Positions 51,705 to 60,113 of a stretch of DNA of 60,113 nt are shown piece after piece. The notes beneath the pieces were generated by a model. The model saw only the letters and a program-made list of their open reading frames with translations. It had not been told where the DNA came from and made no database searches. Numbering within the stretch: the stretch's first letter is position 1; each line of letters begins with the position of its first letter. Origin of the DNA: Gekko japonicus (taxonomy: Eukaryota); contig NW_015163644.1 in the NCBI RefSeq assembly GCF_001447785.1, positions 138,158-198,270 of the forward strand, given 5' to 3'. Both the position numbers and the translations under genes were made by a program.

Positions 51705-52182
51705 CTACCAAAACAAACAAAAACAAAGAACTCAGAAAGGTATTAGCAAGGTTAAATGATGAAACCACAGTGATACATGCAACCGACACCTGCAGAATTC
51801 AGTGATCAATCAAATGCTTCTAAAACTAAAATCTTCATATGCATAACAATAAAATTGTACCCAAAAGGGCTGTCAGAAAGGCTTTTTTGGAATAACTGAG
51901 ACAAAAAACCCTAAAACAACAACCCCATCATAGAAATACTTACATTGTGATACTAAATGCATTTAGTGTTTTTAATAACCGTGTTTTATGTCGTGTTGGA
52001 AGCCGCCCTGAGCCTGCTTTGCGGGGAGGGCAGGGAACAAATTTGAAAATAAAGAAATAAATAAATTTCTTTTTACTTAAGTACTGTTAAATTTCAACTG
52101 AATTTACTAACCAGGTAGGTATAACACAATATATGAAATTAAAAAGCATTTCCGTTATTGTGTCACAACCTAAATTTCTTAC

Positions 52183-52231
52183 CTTTACATGTTTGTAGAA
52201 CTGCAGTAAGAATGAGACCAAGGAAATACAT
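52183..52231 (-). CDS. CD226: CD226 coding exon 1 (signal peptide MYFLGLILTAVLQTCK-G)
   Basis: ATG at 52231, hydrophobic leader, 49 nt, ends AAAG|gtaaga (phase 1), compatible with the next exon. Confidence 0.88.
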
Positions 52232-52282
52232 CTCCAACAATACTAAACAAAGATACCAGGGAGCTTCATGCAGGGTTCTGCT

Positions 52283-52308
52283 ACTTCCTGACCACATAGG
52301 ATTTCCTG
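52283..52308 (-). promoter_or_regulatory. RUNX-ETS composite motif plus a second ETS core, 50-80 bp upstream of the CD226 ATG
   Basis: The minus strand reads CAGGAAAT-ccta-TGTGGT-CAGGAAGT. Confidence 0.5.
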
Positions 52309-53996
52309 AAGGTATTTTTATACTGGTGAAATTAATCAACAAGAAGCAGAGAAGGAATTCTATGGTCCTCTGGATAGAAAACTGCAACATTTATTACAAT
52401 TTTACGATAATCTAAGAATTTATTTAGATTTCCCCATTCCTCATGGAAATTTCAACAGCGTCCTAAACCCCATTTTATTTCACAAGGTCAGATTAGGCAG
52501 AGTGATAGCAGTTTATCTGAAACTAAGGGCCTGACCGTGCTTGCTTTGCTCACCAAACCCACAGCTACTGCTCTGGCAATTCTGTTTTATAGGGTGTCTT
52601 GCCTCGTGCGCTCCATGGTGGGCTAACCCTAAAAGAGGAGTGAATGCTCCCTCTAAGCTGTGGAATCTTGTGAACAAAAATTCTACTTTGTGAGCTACTG
52701 ACATTAAAGTTGTGAGCAAGCGATTTGGCTACTGCATAAATTGGTTTGCTCTGGAGCCATCCTTCTTGAGCTAAGACAAAAATGTGTGAGCTGAAGGCTA
52801 AAAATCTGTGAGCTAGCTCACGCTGTTTAGAGGGAACACTGTAGGCCATATTTTTCTCCTATAATAATAAATATTTTCAATATTTTTGTTTGATACAAAT
52901 AACTATTATCTAAAAGAAATAGATTAGTTCTACTACTGAAAGAGCCCTGCCTTCGGTTGCCACCTGCCTCATTTCTGATAGCAGAGTCACAGAGAGCAGG
53001 GCTTTTGAGACAGATCTTAACTGGCAAGATGAACAATATGGTAGGATGCGGTCTTTCAAACACCCTGGCCCCAAGCCATTTCAGGCTTTAAAGGACCAGC
53101 ATTTTGCATTGTGCCTGGAAATAAACAGGCAGCCAGTACAGATCTTCTAGCACTGGGGGAATACAGTCCCTTGACAAAAGCCTAGTTGCTGTATTTTGGA
53201 CAAAGTTTGACATTTCCAGACCATTTTCAAAAGCAGTCCCATGTAAGGTGCATTACAGTATCTAACTTGGATATAATCAAAGTATGGATCCTGTGGACAG
53301 ATCACACTTTTAGAGGAATGGCTTTTCAAGGACTAGTGTATCAGCTGAAGCTGATAAAATCACTGTGTGCCACAGAGATCTGACCATCTAACTATAGGCC
53401 ATGATTGAGCAGTACCCCCAAAGCTACAAACCTGTTCCTTCAGGAGACTTGCAACTCCCTCCAGGACAGGCTGTCTCTGCAGTTCTCGAGTAATTGGTCA
53501 GCAGCACTTCAGTCTTGTCAGGACTGACATTTAGTTTATCAAGTTTCCTTCTCTCTCTGACCACTTTCCCCCTGAGATGCCTCTGATGCATTAGACTTGT
53601 ACTCTATAAAAACTCTTCTGGTTTGGTCCAGGACTCTTTGAAGAACAGCTGATAGGAAGAGAAGAAGAAAAAGAAGAAGAGATTGGATTTATACCCTGCC
53701 CTTCACTACCCAAAGGAGTCTCAGAGCGGCTTACAAACTCCTTTCCCTTCCCCTCCCCACAATAGACACCCTGTGAGGTAGGTAGGGCCAAGAGAGCTTT
53801 GACAGAAACTGTTCTTTTTCAAGAACAGCTGTGCCAGAACTATGGCTTGGCCAAGGTCATCCAGCAGGTGAGAGTGGAGGAGTGGGGAATCAAACCTGGT
53901 TCTCCCAGATTAGAGCCCGCACACTTAACCACTACACCAAACTGGCCCCAAGCTGATGCTTGGGATTCAGATTTGAACAGCCCCACTTGGATACTG

Positions 53997-54220
53997 AGGG
54001 CCGTGGTGGCTCAAAGGTTAAGACACTGAGCTGCAGACTGGAAGGTCTGTAGCTCAGCAGTTCAGCACTCGGCACTCCACGTGATGGAGTGAGCTCCGGT
54101 CTCTGGTCCCAGCTCCTGCCAACCTAGCAGTTCGAAAGCAAGAAATTGCAAGTAGATAAATAGGTACCGCTTCAGTTGGATGGTAACTCGGCGTTTAGTC
54201 ATGCTGGCCACATGACCATG
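53997..54220 (+). mobile_element. Partial Sauria SINE followed by LTR-like sequence (to about 54385)
   Basis: Head and body match 54943-55288, then the sequence switches abruptly after ccacatgacca. Confidence 0.7.
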
Positions 54221-54942
54221 TGAAGCAGAAAAGAGCAAAACGAAGGCTTGAGCCCAAAGAACTCCAGACCACCAGGCAGGCAAGAGGAGAGATAAAGTTT
54301 TATTGACGTCAAGGTGCGCCGAGCCCAAGAGCTCTAAAACTGGCTGCACACCTGACAAAGGACCTCGAGGAGTTTTATACAATGCATTCTCAGATTAAGT
54401 ACCAGCTATTGTATCCCATGGAACATCTTGAAGAAGCTGAAAGAGATGTATCTCAAGACCAAGATGCTTTGATAATGGTGAAACAGCTGCTTTACCACTA
54501 ATTTACTTCTATTGCATAGTGCTGATGGGTTCAGATTTTGCAAAGATACAATGGCTGCATGCATTTTGAGCTTCAGTATATGCTGTGGTAAGCCTGATGC
54601 TTCCAAAAAAACACGATGCAGCTGGGTAGTTTACAATTTGGTCAGCATCCATAATTTTACCCACTGACTTGTATTATCTTGCCATTCCTGGTATTTTTCC
54701 CCCTAGGAATTCTGTTAATTACGTTTACATGTTAATTCCATTTATAGGAGAAAAATGGCCCTTTGATATGGTTACATTGAATTCTGTGGTGTGTTACATT
54801 TGGGAACACTGAGTTCAGTTGAACTTCCATATTATCTTTAATATTCCCTTTGTTTTCCATGGATATATATCCTTCCCTATCAGGTTCTATAGCATCAGCA
54901 GCACCTAATTCTCTGCAAATTCACAACCAGTAGCATAACCAG

Positions 54943-55288
54943 AGGAGCTGTGGTGGCTCAAGTGGTTAAAACGCTAAACTGCAGGCTGTGGAAGGTCGAA
55001 AGTTCAGCAGTTCGAGACCCGGGTGCCGCATGATGGATTGAGCTCCCGTCTCTAGTTCCAGCTCCTGCCAACCTAGCAGTTCGAAAGCAAGAAATTGCAA
55101 GTAGATAAATAGGTACCACTTCGGTGGGAAGGTAACAGCGTTCCGTGCGCCTTGGTGTTTAGTCATGCTGGCCACATGACCACGGAAATGTCTTCAGACA
55201 GCGCTGGCTCTTCGGTTTGGAAACGAAGATGAGCACCGCAACCCTACAGTCGGATTCAACTGGCTTTTGAGCAAGGGAACCTTTACCT
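54943..55288 (+). mobile_element. Sauria SINE, full length
   Basis: tRNA-like head, ACCTTT tail, and exact 12-bp TSD TAGCATAACCAG. Confidence 0.92.
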
Positions 55289-58200
55289 TAGCATAACCAG
55301 TAAGTTGTACTTGTAAATTTTTCCCCCCTCGAGCAGCATTTTGGGGCTCTATTCCAAATGTGTCACAATTTCATGCAGTTGTACAACTTACCAGCTTTAG
55401 TTCCTCTTGGAATAACCCAAAGTGTCTGTTGGAAGTCCCAAGCTAATGCAATGGTAACTCCTTACATATTTTTTAAAGTATATTTTTTATTTATAATAGT
55501 GTATTGGAATAGTGATTTTACTGTAACACAGTGAAAACTGGAACACATTTCTCTGATCTGGTGAACCATTCACCCACCACCTCCTGTCAGTTACCTCCAT
55601 GCTTGAGAGATGTAGTCTATCAACGGGGTCTCAGTTAATTGATCTTAGCATTCCACAGTTAAGGATATGTTTACAACATCAGCCCCCTATTTAGAGATGT
55701 AATTAAATCCAAACAAATGGCGACCATATAAATTTAGCTTGATATCTGTGTTAGGTCTTTGCATCTGTTAAAACATCTTCATTATGTTGCATGCTAATTT
55801 GCATGCCTATGAACTGTTAACATCCATATCATTGCATCTGAAGAAGTATGTGTGCACACAGAAGCTCATACCTTGAATAAAACTTTGTTGGTCTTAAAGG
55901 TGACACTGGACTCAAACTTGGTTCTTCTTCCATAGTTGTCTCTTCACAAATCCTGAATTGTGAGGTCTAAAGCTTCTAATGCAGGCTTGAGAGACATGGT
56001 ACACTCATTCCACATGGTCGGTTAGAATCTGCACTCTCATAAAATTTTAGTTTATATTGTTCCACTACCAATATTGTGCTGATTTAGTGTAATTATTTTT
56101 CTCCCCTGGTTTTCTGGGTTTTTTTGGCTAATATATGTTTTATGCTGCTGGTCCATGGCTAATAAACAACTGTTCGGGTCACTACCAAAATTGCAAGATG
56201 ACATCATTTAACGTATTTAACAGTAGTTTAAATATAAATAAAAATAAATAAATAAATAAAAAATAACTGAATGAGTTCTGGCTCCTGCTGTGCAGCAAGA
56301 TAAGAAATCAACATCTCTGTTAAGCCCTGAGGGTTCCATTGTCCTGAGTGTTGTAAGAACTTATAACTCAGCAATCACCGTTCATCTGTTTCTGAAGTCC
56401 CTTTGCAATAAAACAATACACATGCTAATGTCATTCAGTTCTCGCATCTGTTGCAAACTTCTTTATTATGTCATATGCTAATTTGCTGCTACTCACAGGT
56501 CTTACCAATCATTTTCATCCAGTCTTAGCTATATTTACTGCTCAGTTACTTATGCATTTTGACTCTAATTGGGTGTTCCAGGCAACACCCTCCTCAGCCT
56601 CTACCTGTATGTAAGAGTGGGTGGCTTCTGTTTCAATGTATCTGAGGAAGTGTACATGCACACGAAAACTTATACCCAGAACAAAATGTTGTTGGTCTTA
56701 AAGGAGCCACTGGACTCAAACATCCTTTTAATCATTATAGATACTACAGTGCTGAGCAGATATCCCAGGGCTGAGCAGAAACTGAATATAACAATGAAAT
56801 TGTGTATCTTTTAAAAAGATAATAGATGTTAACTGCTGTACATCACACTCTCTGCCAAACAAACTCCCCCCCCCTCTTGATTACCATTTCAATGTTTTAC
56901 TGAGTAGGATGACTTGCCAGTCTAACAGAGTAAAAGGCCCCACTGGTGGACCTCCTGATGGCACCTGGTATTTCTGGCCACTGTGTGACACAGAGTGTTG
57001 GACTGGATGGGCCTTTGGCCTGATCCAACATTGGCGTCTCTTATGTTCTTATGTAAACTAATTCAGTTTTCCCTCATCAATTAAGTTGAATCAATAAAGC
57101 CTGAAAATATTTGGTGAAGACAGCAAAGAATCCTGTCACTAGACTTGAAAGACAAAAATCTTTATATTCAGTAGCCTCCAAACAACAACAACAAAATTGT
57201 AAACTGAACACTACTGAAGAACTAAGAAAAATGTTTTATGGCTTACAATCAATCGCACTGCAAACTGCAAGATTTAGCTGGATTTTTTACTCTATAGAAC
57301 AGACTTGTAGTATAAAATGAGAAAATCACCCCATTTGGTGCTGATATATTGATAAGTTAGTCAGGAAACAAACCATCCATCTTACCATAACAATACAGCT
57401 CAAATGAAGATCAGTTTTCATTAAAAAAACATGATGGTATATATCCTTCCTTAACTGGGGGCAATCTGTTCACTGTTCACTATTAATCACAATTTCAACA
57501 ACAATTACTCTCACAAATAGGTTAAAGCCTTCTTAGAATTACATAACCATTGGAAAGAACTATATTCAATCCCCTTGCTTTATTTTACTTCTTACTGCTT
57601 TTGCAACCAAAGTAATAAACAGCAGTATATTCAATTTCCTTGGTTTCTGTGAAGGATGAGAATTCGGAATTACATGTAAATTGCATAGCATGATATAGAC
57701 TTCATTTGCTTTTGTCATTATCCCTTTTCAACTAAGTTGACTAATTCAAGTGAAAAGTAGGTATACTACACGAGGAAACCTTCAGAAGTTTATTTCATGA
57801 CTCTGCAGGCTACCAGTTGTATACTGGAGTACTGACTTGGTTATGCTTTTGAAAAAGACCTTGTCCTTCTCATAACTAGGTACAAGTCAAGAGGTTGGCA
57901 CAATTTACAAATAAAGTTATATCCTCCTTTTGAAGGGATTAAATGATATTTTGCAAAGAGACTTGGGACTATTTGCAGTTGTACAACACAGCTTACGCTG
58001 GGAACAGTCAGTAGGAAAATGATAAAGTTAACATGTATGAGTTTAAAGGCAGAGAACAACTATCAGAGAAGCATATATGTTTATTTACAAAACTTGTACT
58101 CCGCCTTTCTGCCCACAATGTAAACCTTAAAAGGTTAGTTCTCCTGGTTTACTCCTCAGGAGATATACATGCTTTCCTTTTCTTTCCAGAGCTCCTCTGA

Positions 58201-58810
58201 TCAATAGATTTTGAGCGATGACTAAAAGAGTACTCAGCTTCTGAAGAAAAATATGATAAACAGGAATTTAACAACCACTGGATCACTGTCTAGCATCAGA
58301 TAGGGAATAATATCCCTTTGAGAATTACTGAATTATAAATGTGATAAAAGAGGTAAAGTCCACCAATTTCTAAAAACAGGATAAAAGGAACATTTCAGAA
58401 TTTTATGAGATAAAGTATCAATTTTACCCAGGCAACAAAAAGGAAGATTTCAGAATTTTATGAGATAAAGTATCAATTTTACCCAGGCAACAAGGACAAA
58501 GATGATTTGAATCTCTCCTTATTAATAATTGCATTTTTGGGTGGCAAAGTTCTATGTGTGCCAAAATCAGTTGGCTGCCTGAACTGCCACTCAGTAGCTG
58601 TCCTGTTTTCCACTGGCACGCGCTGCCCAGCCTCTTGACCTGAGTGTGGGGTTTCCTTCTGAGTAGGCAGGCCAACTAGAGTGCTGTCCTTCTCGAGGCA
58701 GGGGCAGGCAGCGGAGTAGGGCAGTGCTGCTGGAGCGGGGGGGAGAGGCAGCCAGGAAAGTGCTGGTGGGCCGTTCTGCTGGCCCTCAGCCCCAGAGTCT
58801 GGGGAGGGGG

Positions 58811-59558
58811 TGAAGGCGGATTGCCATCATATAGTTCTAGAGCTTGTTAGCCAAACTGTTTTATCTACACCAGATGGCAAACTAAATTTAATATGGGTTT
58901 CTGCCAAAGTTTACGGAAGTCCGATTCACCCCAAGAATGTCCCAGTGAGAGAGACGAGATTGGTGAATTTAAAAACAATTTGTTCTTTACTGAAGAATTT
59001 TACAATCTCATACACACATAACAGAATCTCACACACATACAATCAAGTTCCTTTAGGAGTCCAAAAATAGAAAAATAGTTCCCTTTTACTTAGGAGGTAG
59101 GTAGGTATACGTTCAAACTTATTTTTCCTGAAGCCTTACCTGTTGTGATAAAAAATGAGGGTAAGAAAATAGAACCTAGTGGTATTTCTAAATCACACTG
59201 CCAGAACCAGCCGGCAAAGTGTGGACCTCCTTGGCTGCGCACACCAAGAGATCAAGAATAGACAATAAGTGCTGTTGTATAGTAAGTTGGACTTTAGGGG
59301 ATAAAAGTAGACAGAGGATGGTGAGGGGTTTGCGGCTAGCAAAGACCCAACACATGGTCTTCACTTTTTATAGGTGAATCTTTGGGGTGGTTGGCAACCT
59401 TGCCATCCTGGGATCCACCCACCTGTAAGTCCGTCCCACCCTTACGTCTTATTGGTGTGTGTAGTAAGGGGCAGAACCTTTAAGGGGTTGGGTCAATACT
59501 GAAATACTAGATCTAACTCAGGACAACCCATCTGGTCAGGTGTGAAGTCTACGCTTCA
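58811..59558. mobile_element. Probable solo LTR
   Basis: TGAAGGCG...CGCTTCA inverted ends; no TSD found. Confidence 0.4.
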
Positions 59559-59989
59559 AGACATCTCCTTGAAGTGCAGATAGATACCAGCTTTCCCAGG
59601 CCATCAAAGCAACATCTGCCAGGAAATGGCAATTCAGATGTAGATCAGATCTGTGTATTGCATGACATCCAGTCCTCTGGTAATGGGGGATTACTTGTCT
59701 TTAAGCTGTGGTTTCTGCTAACAATGGCGAAATGTGCTTTTTCCCTTCAGTCCAGGATCTTGTATATCTATAAACTTCATTAACATGAAATGCAGGTAGC
59801 ACTTTCTCTGTGTAACCTTTCACAAACTGGTGCTTCAAGCAGCGTTCCCTAAGCCTAGGGTGTATGTGTATGCACAGTCCATGTAAAGTTTGTGTGTCAG
59901 CAGATATAAATCCATAAACAGCAAATATTAGTCTCTTTCTCAACAAGCTTGTTGTATTGCTTCTACAATGAGCTTTGCGGCTAGTATTT

Positions 59990-60080
59990 TTTGTTGTTTA
60001 GTCGCACAGTCGAGTCTGACTCTTCGCGACCCCATGGACCACATCACGCCAGGCCCTCTTGTCTTCCGCCGTCCTTTGAA
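59990..60080 (-). mobile_element. BovB/RTE-type 3' end
   Basis: ttgttgtttagtcg...gtc.gactcttcgcgaccccatggac is the reverse complement of the BovB/RTE tail. Confidence 0.75.
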
Positions 60081-60113
60081 GAAGTATAGAATATTACAAA
60101 ATCTCCCATATAA

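Noticed and set aside
51190-51789. 199-aa ORF as a single-exon gene
   Set aside because: Only 51366-51704 is exon; the flanks are intron read-through bounded by canonical splice sites.
57381-57440. Upstream non-coding CD226 exon (ATG|gtaaga donor on the minus strand)
   Set aside because: A donor-like motif alone is not enough evidence without transcripts.
1-60113. CRISPR arrays, operons or other prokaryotic systems
   Set aside because: The sequence is intron/TE-rich vertebrate DNA with no regular repeat-spacer array.

Overview
Eukaryotic (vertebrate) genomic DNA, very likely a squamate reptile: it carries Sauria SINEs, CR1/L2/RTE-type LINEs, DIRS, Penelope-like elements and hAT MITEs. Gecko is my guess only. 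The window covers the convergent DOK6-CD226 junction. On the + strand is the last coding exon of DOK6 (18720-18859). On the - strand is a complete 6-coding-exon CD226/DNAM-1 gene (ATG at 52231, 1017 nt CDS, 338 aa: signal peptide, two Ig domains, TM, IYVNY tail) with phase-compatible GT-AG junctions. The most unusual feature is a recent 666/710 bp tandem duplication that gives CD226 two identical terminal exons, with its breakpoint 30 nt inside a 5'-truncated LINE insertion. Also notable are Penelope-derived elements with minimal hammerhead ribozymes (one a fold-back element with a 13-bp TSD), a perfect 86-bp inverted repeat about 1 kb upstream of the DOK6 last exon, and a candidate bidirectional poly(A) region. 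Nearly all other ORFs in the supplied track are spurious or TE remnants. All alignments were done by eye, and homology calls rest on remembered sequences, not database searches.
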